Program-made: the position numbers and the translations under genes
Notes under the pieces: generated by a model
Databases searched by the model: none
Told to the model about the DNA's origin: nothing
What the model saw: the letters and a program-made list of their open reading frames with translations, nothing else
In this document: in pieces, positions 15,385 through 29,474 of the stretch
Numbering within the stretch: position 1 is the stretch's first letter
How the letters are laid out: each line of letters begins with the position of its first letter
Assembly (NCBI RefSeq): GCF_009914755.1
Contig: NC_060944.1
Direction: 5' to 3' (one strand)
DNA from: the human T2T-CHM13v2.0 reference genome, Homo sapiens
DNA: 64,000 nucleotides

Positions 15385-15908
15385 TGTTTTTTTCTTTTTG
15401 CTTCTGTATATTTCCTAATTTTTTATGAACACGTATTTTGGGGAAAATATTTTTTAAACCAAAGGATAAAGCTCGTCTTTATCCCAAGCTGCATCCTGTC
15501 TGCAGGTAACACTCCCTATTGCCCCTAGGTCTGCCCCCTGGTGTCCCCAAAAAACTCATCCCCACTTCGGTGTCCCACCATAACCATTAAGATCAGGCAG
15601 ATGGCAACCTACAGGCCTTCCTTTCTCCAAGCTGACCACCCCCAGGTTCTCTGATGGTTTCTCACCCAACATCATTTCAAATCTTTTTACCGTCTATCAC
15701 GGTGACCTTTCTTGGGACCTGCCCAGTTTTTTTTCACATTCCTCTTACAGTGTGGCATTCAGAGCTGAGCTCCAGATGGAGTCTGCCTCACTTAGATTGC
15801 AAAGAGACTATCACCTCCACCCTTCCAGACGTCATACTTCTATTTATGCCACCTAAGAAAACAATCATTTTTTTAAACAGCTTTATTTACATATAACTCA
15901 CATACCGT

Positions 15909-16425
15909 ATATATTAGTTTTCTACTGACGCTGCAACAAATTACCACACACTTAGTGACTTAAAGTAACACAAATTTACTATCTTGTTCCATGGATCAGA
16001 AGCGTGACACAAATCTCACTGGACAAAGATCGAGGTATTGGCAGGGCTGAGTTTCTTTCTGAAGGTCCTAGGGGAGAATGGATTTCCTTGCCCTTCCCAG
16101 CTTCTAGAGGCCACCTGCCCTCCTCGGCTCGTGGCTCCCTTCCTCCATCTTCAAGGCCAGCAACACTGGGCTGAGTCTTTCTCAAGATGCTGCCTCTCTG
16201 GTTCTCTCTTCATATTCCATCTTCTACTTTTAAGGTCGTTTGTGATTACATTGGGCTTACCTGGGTAATCCAGGCTAAACTTCCTGTCTTAAAGTCAGCT
16301 AATTAGCAACTGAATTAATTTCATCTGCAAACTTAATTCTTCTTTGCCAGGTATGCTAACATATTCACAGGCTCTGAAGTTCAGGACATAGACATCTTTA
16401 AGGGGACATTATTCTGTCTACCACA
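15909..16425 (-). mobile_element. MLT1 (MLT1D-like) solo LTR
   Basis: 'attagttttcta...aacaaattaccacacacttagtgacttaaa' through 'attctgtctaccaca'. Confidence 0.8.
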
Positions 16426-16882
16426 TCACACAATTCATTCACGTAAAATGTACAATTCAATGATTTTTAATATATTCACAGGGTTGCTGGCAACCAACAC
16501 GATCAGGTTTAGAACATTTTCATCACCTGGAAAAGAGACATGCAGCGATTAGCAGCCACTCCTATTTCCTCCCACCTCCCCCAGCCTTAGGCAGCTGATA
16601 GTCTACTTTCTACCTCATAGACTTGCCTATGCCAGGCATTTCATATGAATGGAATCATACATATGCAGTTCTTTGTGACTGGCTTCTTTCACTTAGCATA
16701 ATGTTGTATCATGTAGCAGCACTGTATCCCTTTTTATTGCCAATAATATTCCACTGTATGCATATATCACATTTTATTTATCCATTCATCATTGATAGAC
16801 AAATGGGTTGTTCCCACTTTTTGACTATTGTAATAGTCCTATAAACATTTGTGTACAAATTTTTGTGTGAGCATATGTTTTC

Positions 16883-17297
<415 letters not shown>

Positions 17298-17611
17298 TAA
17301 AGTGGATGCACAATTTTACATTCCCACCAGCAGTGAATGAGGGATCCAATTTCTTCATAACCATGTAAACACTTGCTGTTTTTTTATTTTTTAATTTTTT
17401 TACTTATAACCATCCTAGTGGGTGTGAAGTGGTATCTCGTGGCATCGATTTGCATTTTCCTCATGATTAAGGAAGTTGAGCATCTTTTCATGTGCTTAGT
17501 CATTTGCATATCTTCTTTGGAGAACTGCCTATTCAGATCCCTTACCCATTTAAAAAACTGAGTTGGTTATTTTATTATTGAGTTGTAAGAATTCTTCATA
17601 TATTCTGGATA

Positions 17612-18163
17612 TGTTACAGGAAAGGGGTCCCGATCCAGATCCCAAGAGAGGGTTCTTGGATTTCACACAAGAAAGAATCCAGGGTGAGTCTGCTGTGCAA
17701 AGTGAAAGCAAGTTTATTAAGAAAGTCACGGAATAAAAGAATGGCTATTCCATAGACAGAGCAGCCTCAAGGGCTGCTGCTTGCCCATTTTTATAGTTAT
17801 TTCTTGATGATATGCTAAACAAGGGGTGGATTATTCATCCCTCCATTTTCAGACCATATAAGGTACTTCCTGATGTTGTCATGGCATTCGTAAACTGTCA
17901 TGGTGCTGGTGGGAGTGTAGCAGTGAGGACAACCAGAGTTCACTCTCATGGCCATTTTGGTTTTGGAGGGTTTTGGCTAGCTCCTTTACTGAAAACTGTT
18001 TTATCAGCAAGGTCTTTATGACCTGTATTTTGTGCTGACTTCCTATCTCATCCTGTGACTTAGAATGCCTTAACCATCTGGGAATGCAGCCCATTAGGTT
18101 TCAGCCTCATTTTACCCAGCTCCTGTTTAAGATGGAGTTGCTCTGGTTCACACGCTTCTGACA
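17612..18163 (-). mobile_element. MER41 solo LTR (ERV1), length consistent with MER41A
   Basis: TG...CA termini; reverse complement starts tgtcagaagcgtgtgaaccagagcaactccatc; 4-bp TSD GATA (17608-17611, 18164-18167); 552 bp. Confidence 0.88.
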
Positions 18164-18231
18164 GATACAAGTTCCTTATCAGATGTATGAGTTGCAAATA
18201 TTTTCCCCCGTTCTATGGGGTGTCTTTTCAC

Positions 18232-18538
18232 TTTCTTTTTCTTTTTCTTTTTTTGTTTTTTGAGACGGAGTTGTGCTCTGTCGCCTAGGCCAGAATGCAG
18301 TGGTGCATCTCAGCTCAACCTCCACCTCCCAGTTTCAAGCAATTCGCCCTGCCTCATCCTCTCGAGTAGCTGGGATTACAGGTGCCTGCCACCACGCCTG
18401 GTTAACTTTTGTACTTTTTAGTAGAGACAGGGTTTCACTATGTTGGCCAGGCTGGTCTTGAACTCCTGAGCTCAGGTGATCTGCTTGCCTCGGACTCCCA
18501 GAGTACTGGGATTACAGCCATGAGCCACTGTGCCTGGC
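18232..18538 (-). mobile_element. Alu
   Basis: Antisense Alu dimer. Confidence 0.9.
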
Positions 18539-18745
18539 CTTTTTCACTTTCTTGATAATGTCATTTGTATTACAAATGTTTTTTAGTTTTGAGGAAGTTA
18601 AATGTATCTATTTTTTCTTTTGTCATTTGTGCTTTTAGGTATCTATGGGCCCATTGCTTAACCCAAAGTGATAAAGATTTACTCCTGTGATTTTTTTCTA
18701 AGAGTTTTTATAGTTTTAGCTTTTACACTTATGGCTATGATCCAT

Positions 18746-19092
18746 TGTATTAGTCTGTTTTCATGCTGCTGATAAAGACATACCCAAAACTGGGCAATTT
18801 ACTAAAGAAAGAGGTTTAATGGTTTCACATGGCTGAGGAGGCCTCACAATCATGGCGGAAGGCAAGGAGGAGCAAGTGACGTCTTACATGGATGGCAGCA
18901 GGCAAAGAGAGAGAACTTATGCAGGGGAACTCCTCTTTATAAAACCATCAGATCTCATAAGAGTTATTCACTTTCACGAGAACAGCACGGGAAAGACTTG
19001 TCCCATGATTCAATTATCTCCCACCAGGTCACTCCCACAACACATGGGAATTCAAGATGAGATTTGGGTGGGGACACAGCCAAACCGTATCA
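18746..19092 (-). mobile_element. THE1 solo LTR
   Basis: 'tgtattagtctgttttcatgctgctgataaagacataccc' through 'gggacacagccaaaccgtatca'; degenerate 5-bp TSD TCCAT/TTCAC. Confidence 0.88.
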
Positions 19093-20209
19093 TTCACTTT
19101 GAGTTAATTTTGCATATGGTATGAGTTAGGGGTCCAATTTCATTCTTTAGATGTGCATATCCAGTTGTTCCAGCACCCTTTGTGAAAAAGGTGATTATAT
19201 CTTCACTGGCACTTTTGTTGAAAATCAATTGATCATAAAAGTAAGAGTTTATTTCTGGACTATTGATTCTGTTCTGTTAATCTATTATTTGAAATCAGAA
19301 GGTGTGAGTTCTCTAATTTTGTTCTTCTTTTTCAAAATTCTTTTGGTGATTTGGGACAATTTGCAATTCCATATGAATTTTAGGATCAGCTTGTCATTTT
19401 CTGGAAAAAAAAATCCAGCTGGAATTTTGATAGAAATTGTATTGAATCTGTAGATCCATTTGGGGAATATTACCATCTTAACAATATTAAGTCTTTTGAT
19501 CCATGAACATGGGATATGTTTCCACTTATACAGGTATTATTTAATTTTTTTAACAATATTTTGTATTGTTGAAATATAAGTTTTGTAGTTCTACAAGTTT
19601 TGTAGTTCTTTTGTTAAAGTTATTCCTAAGGATTTTATTCTTTCTGATGCTACTGTAAATGGATTTTTTTAAAATCTCATTTTGTACTGTTCATTGCTAG
19701 AGTACAGAAATACAATTGATTTTTTATATTGATTTTGTATCCTGCAACCTTACTGAATTCATTTATTAGTTCTATTTTTTATTTTTTGTAGGGATGAGGT
19801 CTTGCTATGATGCTGATCTCAAACTCCTGGCCTCAGGTGATCCTCCTGCCTTGGCCTCCCAAAGTGCTGGGATTACAGGTATGAGCCACCATCCCTTGGT
19901 CCACGTATTAGTTCTAATAGGTTTTTGTTTTTGTTTGTTTTTAGATTTCTTAGGATTTTCTATATACAAGATCATGTCACCTGCAAATAGAGATAGTTTT
20001 ACTTCTTCCTTTCCAGTCCAGATGTCTTTTCTTTTTCTTGATTGCTATGGCTAGGACCTCCCATACAATCTTCAACAGAAGTGATGAAACATCCTTGTCT
20101 TGTTCCTGATCTTAGGAGAAAAATGCCTTTAGTCACATTAAATATTTTGGGTGTGGGTTTTTTTTTTTTTTTTGAGATAGCCTTTATCAGATCGAGTAAG
20201 TGCCCTTCG

Positions 20210-20501
20210 TTTTTTAACTTGAGACAGAGGCTGGCTCTGTCACCCAGGTTGGAGTGCTGTGACATGATCTTGTCTCATTGCACCTCTGCCCCTTGGGTTC
20301 AAATGATTTTCCTGCCTCAGCCTCCCGAATAGCTGGGATTACAGGTGCGCACCACCACGCCTGGCTAATTTTTTTATTTTTAGTAGAGAAAGTATTTCAT
20401 CATGTTGGCCAGGCTGGTCTTAAACTCCTGACCTCAGGTGATCTGCCTACCTTGGCCTCCCAAAGTGCTGGAATGACAGGCATGAGCCACTGCACTCGGC
20501 C
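20210..20501 (-). mobile_element. Alu (plus a monomeric Alu fragment at ~19773-19900)
   Basis: Antisense Alu consensus. Confidence 0.9.
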
Positions 20502-21267
20502 TGGAGTTCCCTTCTGTTCCTAGTTTATTGAATGTTTTTTTTTTTTTTATCATGAAAGGGTATTAAATTTTGTCAAATGCTTTTCCTGCATTTATTGAGA
20601 TGATCATGGTTTTTCATCCTTTGTCCTATTGATATGATATATTACATCAATGGATTTTCATACATTAAGCCAACTTTGCATTCCTGGAATAAATCCCACT
20701 TGGTTATAGTGTCTTATCCTTTTTGTATGTTGCTAGATTTGTGTTGCTAGTACTTTGTTGAGGAGTTTTCCATGTATATTCCATCTTTATTTCAATAAAG
20801 AAATTAGTCTGTAGTTTTCTTGCCTTGCAATGTCTTTAATCATCATTTTTATAAAGCCACATCATACTATCTTTTTTTTACAGTTGATTTTCTTTATTTT
20901 TGGAAATTTTATTTCATTTCATTTCTTTGGCTGTGAACACATCATACTGTTGATGGCAATTTTGTTTGTTATCCGCAGTTCCCTCCCGCACTGGCCAAGA
21001 TGTTAGAAGACCTGGAGTGGACCTGAACCTGTGTTAACACAATCTCATGGTGCAATTTTGAATTCGTATTCTCTGGACTTCAGTCTCCTCTTCTGTAATT
21101 ATGAGATTGTAAGCTCTGCAAAATTAGTCTTTTTTTTTCTTTCTGTTCTCACAAGCTGTTCCCAATTTATAGAGTTTTATAGCTAGCATGTATTCCCAGT
21201 CCGGGGCTCTTTCCCTCGGATCAAGTCTGAAAGGGTCTTCAATGTCCTGCTGATAAATAAGAGAGAC

Positions 21268-21425
21268 CAGTGCTTTTAAAACAGTGCGCACATGAACTGT
21301 GTATGAATCACCACGGACTCTTAAATGCAGATGCTCATTCTGTAGATCTAGATTCTGCATCTCTCACAAGCTCTTGGGTAATATTAATGCCGCTGGTCTA
21401 TGGACCCACTTTGAGTAACAAGGAA
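21268..21425. mobile_element. MER5A-like hAT MITE
   Basis: 'cagtg...gaatcacc...aaatgcaga...ttctgcatctctcacaagctc...gacccactttgag'. Confidence 0.6.
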
Positions 21426-22006
21426 CCAGAATATTGTTTCCTAAGCTTCATTCACATAAGAGCCAATTTCATATTTTTTTGCCATATTCATCTTTCGTCT
21501 ATGCAATTAAAAATATATTTTTCTTTTAATTAACTAGCAATTAAATCCCATCTTTGGGTAAAATTTAGACTAATTCTAGGCAATAATATACATCAAACCA
21601 CAGGTGTTAGATACTGTATATATATATGTTTTTTTTTTAGATGGAGTCTCGCTCTGTCATCCAGGCCGAAGTGCAGTGGTGTGATCTCAACTTACTGCAA
21701 CCTTTGCCTCCTGGGTTCAAGCAATTCTCCTGCCCCAGCCTCCCAAGTAGATGGGATTACAGGTGCCTGCCATGACACCTGGCTAACATTTTTGTAGTTA
21801 CATATTTTTCATGCACATTAAAAATGTCTATTCAAATTTAAAAAGACAGTCATCTGGGTACCACCAGAAATGATCCCACGTACCACTTGACCATGCATCC
21901 CCTGTGGTAAGCGTTGCTTTAGAACTTCCTAGGGTCTGAGAACGTGGTTCTTGCCCTTTAAACACCATCACACTTTAATTGGACACTTTTGACTTGCATC
22001 TCATAA

Positions 22007-22311
<305 letters not shown>

Positions 22312-22894
22312 TGATTTTGCCCCATTTTTCTCTGCTGCAATTTGGCCAGTGATTCCTGTCTTTCCCTCTATTATCCACCCTGATTAACTCAGCTGCACCT
22401 GTCAGCCTTTATTCCTGAGACTGAGAGCGGGTGGAGCGAGGCGTGCTGAAGAAGTCATTAAAATGCATGAGTTTGATCATATTCACTCTTTCCTGTCCGG
22501 AGCATAGGGGGCTAAGTCCCTGGGTCCCACATCTGAGCTTCATTTGACAGGCCTGGGGCTCATGGCCTAGGGTGAGGAGGCCTATGGGAACCAGCGGTGG
22601 CAACCTGCAGGCTTCATCTGGTGGACACTACCGGGGGCTGGGTCTCCGAGATCCTGTGAGTTTCTCCTGGGGTGTCTGACATCATCCACTGCAGGAAGCA
22701 GGGATGAGGTTGTTCAGTGAATTTTCCCTGTATTCTCTGGAAGAGGTGCTTATAAAGATGGAATAAGGCGAGTTTAGAGAATTTTGATTCCTCTTGCTGC
22801 TGCTTATTTCTTCCAGCCTCTTTGTCTTCATCTGTAAAATAGGGATAATAATAACTGCCCACATGAGGTGGGAGGAGCAGTAGTGAAGAATTCA

Positions 22895-23236
<342 letters not shown>

Positions 23237-23489
23237 TTATAATTTATAATGTGTAGGACCTGGAGCAAATCATTTTACCTACAGGACTCTCAGTTTCCTC
23301 CTCTGTAAAGTGGAGATAACATCTACTTTCTAGGGACAGTGCAGGAGGATGAAAGAGCGCTGAGCCAGTGGCTAACACAGGCTGAGCACTCAGTGGATGG
23401 CAGCAATTGTCATTATCATCATTATCACATCACCACATCATTACAATATAAAATATTGAGCAAATCTGGGATATTTTGGTACTTAACAT

Positions 23490-23605
23490 TTGTTTCCTCT
23501 TCCTTTCTCCCTACCTTTCTCCCTCCTTTTCTTCCTTCCTCCTTTTTCCCTGTCTTCTCACCTTCTTTTATTCCCCTTCTTCTCACTTTCTTCTCATCCT
23601 TCCTT
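23490..23605. repeat. Polypyrimidine low-complexity tract
   Basis: C/T-rich degenerate (CTTC/CCTT) sequence. Confidence 0.8.
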
Positions 23606-24099
23606 GGTACATCTGGTTGCAGCTGCAAGGAGTGGCAGGAGCTTACACAGGAAAAGGAGGTGTGGTCAGATCCTGGGGGGACTTGAATGTCAGAGGGAGT
23701 CTGATCTTCAGCCTAGGGGCAATAGTGAGTCACTAAAGCCTGCGGTGGAGCAGAAACAAGCTGTGGTGAAAGTGGGGAAGTGAGCCTGGCAGCAGAGATT
23801 GGGAAGGGGCTGTGAGGGCAGAAGCTGGAGCCAGAGAGGTGAGCTATCCAGGGAGCCTAAAGGTCAAGTGAGAGAGATGGGGAAGCAGAGGCTGCATCTC
23901 TGTCTAGAGCTCGCCTGGGAGAAGTAGCCTCATTCTCTACGTTCACCTTGCCCACAAAACCCAGCCGGAGCACCCACCTCTGTGTGACCTCAGACAAGTG
24001 CTTAACCTCTCTGAGCAGCAGTAAGGCCATCTTAGCTCTTGGTGACACCCCCTGGCTTCCTAGCAAAGACACTTCTGGATCCTACAGGCTTCCATCATC

Positions 24100-24700
24100 T
24101 TCCAGGCTGCTCTCTGCTCAGAGATTAATTTGTTTACTCCCTTGCCTGGAGATGAACCGAGGGAACTAATCGTCCATCAGCGCAGGCTCCCCCAACCTCG
24201 CACCGCCCCGCCCCAAATGTCCATTTTCTGGCAAAATATGTCCTTGCCGCTGACAAGGCTGCTTGGAAAATGCTAATTTTATCCTCGAATTAAAATTTGT
24301 TCCCTTACCCTCGTTTTAATAAAAATGAAGCATCCGGAAACATTGCCACGGTGCAGAAGAGAAAGATCTGACATAATTTTTAAAATGCCTTCAATCACGC
24401 TGACTTCTGAACGGTCTGTCCTCTAACCCTGACCCCCTCCCCATCTCCCAACCCCCTGAGGCAGCATTTACATTTCTTAATAACCCCTCATTAATATTCA
24501 TGAGAAGGGGCGGGTAATAACGGCTGAGCACACCGCACTAATTCAATTTCCACCCGCCTCAGCGTGTTTACTTAATCACCAAGGGACCCGGGTTACTCAG
24601 TACAATTATTTATTCGGAATTAGATCTGGAGGCATCTGGACTGGAAACAGGGAACCAAGAGCAAAATGAAAATCGAATTCTCTTCGTCCTCCCCTCCCAG
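24100..24700. promoter_or_regulatory. Putative conserved enhancer
   Basis: Repeat-free, locally CpG-retaining; two forkhead TGTTTAC motifs (24131, 24565), many TAAT/ATTA cores, GC boxes. Confidence 0.45.
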
Positions 24701-27174
24701 CCGCCTCTTCCTGACCGTGTGCCAACGCTCCAGGCAGCCAGCAGGGCTTAGAGGACAAGGCTCCGTGCCCGCCGGGCAGCTCCTGAAGGAACTGGCTCGT
24801 GAGGGGCTGAATGTGTTCCAGATGCTCTGGCCCCGGCAGGAATCTCTCATCAACAGTAGCCTTGGAGTTATCGCAAGGCCCAGCAGTGGGCCAGTTGCAC
24901 CGTCCCAGCCAAGAGCATGGCCAGCCAGAGTTAGGGTGTTCAGGAGATGCTGGGGTATTGGCCCAACCTGGACATGCAGTGTGGACAGACTTTTGATCAC
25001 AGGCCCTGTGGAGGTGAGAGTTTGTGACATGGGGTCTAAATAACACCTGCTCATCCTCGAACCCCCGCTTAACTGTCACCTCCTCCAAGAAGCCTTTCCT
25101 GGTCCCCAGACAAGGTTAGCTTCTCCTATTACACACACCTTCTGTTACAACCAGGATGGGCTTGGTCATAGCACCTTGCCCACTGTGGGTGTTCACACAA
25201 TGGTTTCTAATTAGTTGTTCAGGGTCTGTTTCTCCCAATAGTCAGTTCCGTGGGAGTAGGTCCCATGGCTGTCCTGGTCACGTGTTCCTAGCATCTAGCA
25301 ATGCCCAGCACAGAGATGCTCAACAGTATTTGTTAACTTCTTGACTGATTGATTCTACTATTGACTCCTGATTCTCAAGCCTCTGTTTCCTTATCTGCAA
25401 AATGAAGCTAAGAACATTCATCTTGTAGGATTGCCGTGGGGACTCAGTGTTTTCCATGTAAAGAGGATGCAGAGGATGTCGGTGTAAAGTGTTGAGCTCA
25501 GTCCCTGACCCACGATAAACACCCAGTTCACATAAGATGCTATTATTATTACTGTTATTTCTGATGGTGGTGGAGCACAGACAAGTTAACTGTGGGAGGC
25601 CTAGGTAGACCCAGAGGAGGCTGGGCTTGGAGGGAGCTCTTCTGAGTCTTGAGACTCTGAGATTCAAAGTCTTGAAATGCCTTTCCCAAGTTCACACAGC
25701 TAGTAAGGTCAAGCCTCCATCCTGCTTATCCTTTTAAGCATTGGATGACCTTAGCAAGTTGTTTAACTTTTCTGAGCCTCAGTTTCCTCCTCCGTAAAAT
25801 GAAAATAATAATGGCAGCCGCCTATTGGATTGCTAGGGAAGATTCAGTAAGGTCCCTCGTGCAATTTAGCATGGAAGCTGATACATGAACTTAATGAAAA
25901 GGGGTACTGTTACGGCAGATGTGGTGAGTCCAGGCAGAGGGAATAGCATGAATGTATTTATCTATTGATTCACTTACTAATGTATTTGGTTATGGATTCA
26001 GCATGCATTCATTAGCCCTTACCAGGTGCCTGCCCCAGTGCTAGGCTCTGACAGGGAGCAGAGAGGTGCAGAAAGCACAGCTCCCTCAGATTGGAGCTCC
26101 CGGCTGATAGAAAAAGTGAGTCAGGAAGGCCCTCACTGGCACATCAGCAAATGCCAAGGCTGTGAGGGTACATTGGAACCGTGGCTTCCAGCTCTGAGGT
26201 TTAGGAACAGGTGACTGAAGGGGTGGCATTTGGGGCAAGAAGAAGAATTTGGGCCAGAGTGAGGGGGCGGAGCATCCTACGAAGAGGAACCAGCAAAGGT
26301 ATAGACCTGGCAGTGGGGATTTTCTGTTACAGCCAAAGCATCCTCAGTTGATACACTTTGTGTATGTTACCCCTACTACTTGGACTACACCCTTCTACCT
26401 TGATGCTCAGCAAACTCCTACTCATCCTTCAAAGCCCAGCGCCAAATGACTTGATTGTCCAGTATTCTGACATCTCTTGGCAAAGCCACAATTCTTTCCT
26501 TGTGTTCTCCAGCACTGTGCTCCTACCCAGTCCTCAGCCTTCTCATGTAGTATCATCTGCTTACCCACCTATCCCTGGTTCTTACCCTTCTGCCCCTCTG
26601 CTCTGTATTCCAGGGGGCTGGGTTTGGCCAATGGGAGGCGCCGGTGGGGGGCTACAGGGCAGAAGGAAGGGAGAAGTCCAGGTATTTCTCCTCTCCATCT
26701 TGGGCAGCATCTCCAGCAGTGGCTGTGTCTCCTCCATGTCTCTAGCTCTCCTGGAGCTCCACCGTGGTCCCATATTCCACCAAGTGACCCTCCTCCTGGG
26801 CTGGGGTGGTGGCAGCCTCTTGCTATTACTCGTCTTTGGGCTGCTTTGCCATGTCCAGTTGTCTTCTCAGACCTTCTGCCACCTTCCATTCCCTGGATTA
26901 AAGTTCCTCTTTTGTAAATACTCAAGTGTTTCCTGGTTAGACACTGACCCATACACTTCCCTACCAGGCGACAAGCTTCCTGTTGGGAAGGGCCCTGCCT
27001 TGTATCCCCAGGGCTTGGATACAGAGAAGCTGCCCAAAGGTTAATGAATGAATGAATGTCTTTTGATTACATGGCTTGTCTAGCCAGATTCTACTCTCAT
27101 TTAGCAAAAGAGAAGAGGCATAAGGGAATGAATTGCTCCCTGGGGTTAACAAATGTTTGTATGAAACAACATTA

Positions 27175-27488
<314 letters not shown>

Positions 27489-28018
27489 TCAATAATAATA
27501 ATACTAAAGAAATGATGTGTAAATAAGAAAATGCTTTCTAAATAATGCTAAGCCTGTAAGCTTCTTTGTAGACTGTAAAATTCAGCATCCACATTGGATT
27601 TTCCTGTTTCAGCCCATATCAGTGTTTCTGCTGAGGTGGCTGCAGAGTGGGAGGCCAAGAGATAAAAGAGAAGATAATGGATTGGGGGCCATGTCTCAGC
27701 CCAAGATCAAAAGGCAGAGAGGAGCGCAGGGGACAGCAGATGGTTTAATCATTACAGACTCATTTAGAGAGGCCCCTTCCCTCCCTTCCTGCCTCCAAAG
27801 CACCTGGACCCTCAAGTGCCCAGACAAGTTCCCAGAACTGGGGCTGTGTTGGAAGACAATGAAGGCCTGCCAGCCTGTCTGCCAGAGAAGTTCAGAGGGC
27901 TGTGGGAGGGGGCATTTCTCTAGAAGTCAAATGGGAACAGCAGGATGGGTGGATTGTGGGATTCGGAGAGGAGAATGAGTGAAAGGGAATTTTAGAGATG
28001 CAAGGAACTGGCGCAGCC

Positions 28019-28520
28019 TGTCTTAGGTTGGGTTCCCTGAAAAGCAGAGACTAAAACAAAGACTTGAGTACATGCTTGGGTACATATTTTATCTGGGAGA
28101 TGCTCATAGGAAGTAGAAGCGAGGGAACCAAGAGAGCAAGACAAGGAAGGAGCTGGTTGCTGCAGTGGATAATTGGGATTTGATTGTGCAAATAGCCTCT
28201 GAGTATTATGCAGAAGTCATCTCAGAATTGTTCACCCAGAGGATAGAAGGCTGGGGCATTTATCCTCTAACTGCTATTCCCCCAAGGGATAAGCATTACC
28301 CGAGGTAGGTCATTAACTTTCCACACCTCTGAGCTGTGCCTATGGGTCACAGAACCAGGGACCAGGACTTCCAAGACAGCCTTGAGGCTGCAAAGCTGAG
28401 AGACTAGGCAGGCACTTGAGGTGGGAATCTGCCAGCATGCATGGGAGCTGTGTAGCCCAGCTGCAGTTGAGGTCAGAGGTGGGGCACAAGGCTGTAGCAT
28501 GGTGGCACTCACAGCATCTA
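28019..28520. mobile_element. Old ERVL-type LTR (LTR16/LTR33-like)
   Basis: Starts 'tgtcttaggttgggttccctgaaaagcagagact'; subfamily uncertain. Confidence 0.5.
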
Positions 28521-28795
28521 CTGCACTCTACTATCCCTGCTGCACACAGCCTGAGTCCTCAAGCTCCATGGCCATTCTTTCCTTCCTTTATTCACTCAAC
28601 AAACACTTCCCGAGCACCTACTCTGTGCCAAGAATTGTGCTAGGTGCCAGGAAGAGTGTGTGAGCAAGACAAACATGGCCCCTAACCACACGCTGCTTAT
28701 ATTCAAATTCAGAAGGCAGAAATAAATAAACGTAGGTGCAAATTAGTAAGATGCCTTCAGAGAGTGATAAGTGTTCTAAAAGAAAGAAACAGGGG

Positions 28796-29474
<679 letters not shown>

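Noticed and set aside
24606-25088. Cluster of overlapping 125-160 aa ORFs next to the putative enhancer
   Set aside because: No homology recognised and no coherent splice structure; GC-rich sequence with few stops.
26358-27044. Longest ORF (228 aa) and overlapping ORFs
   Set aside because: No recognisable domain, non-ATG start, open in several frames on both strands, lies over probable old LTR/L2 sequence.
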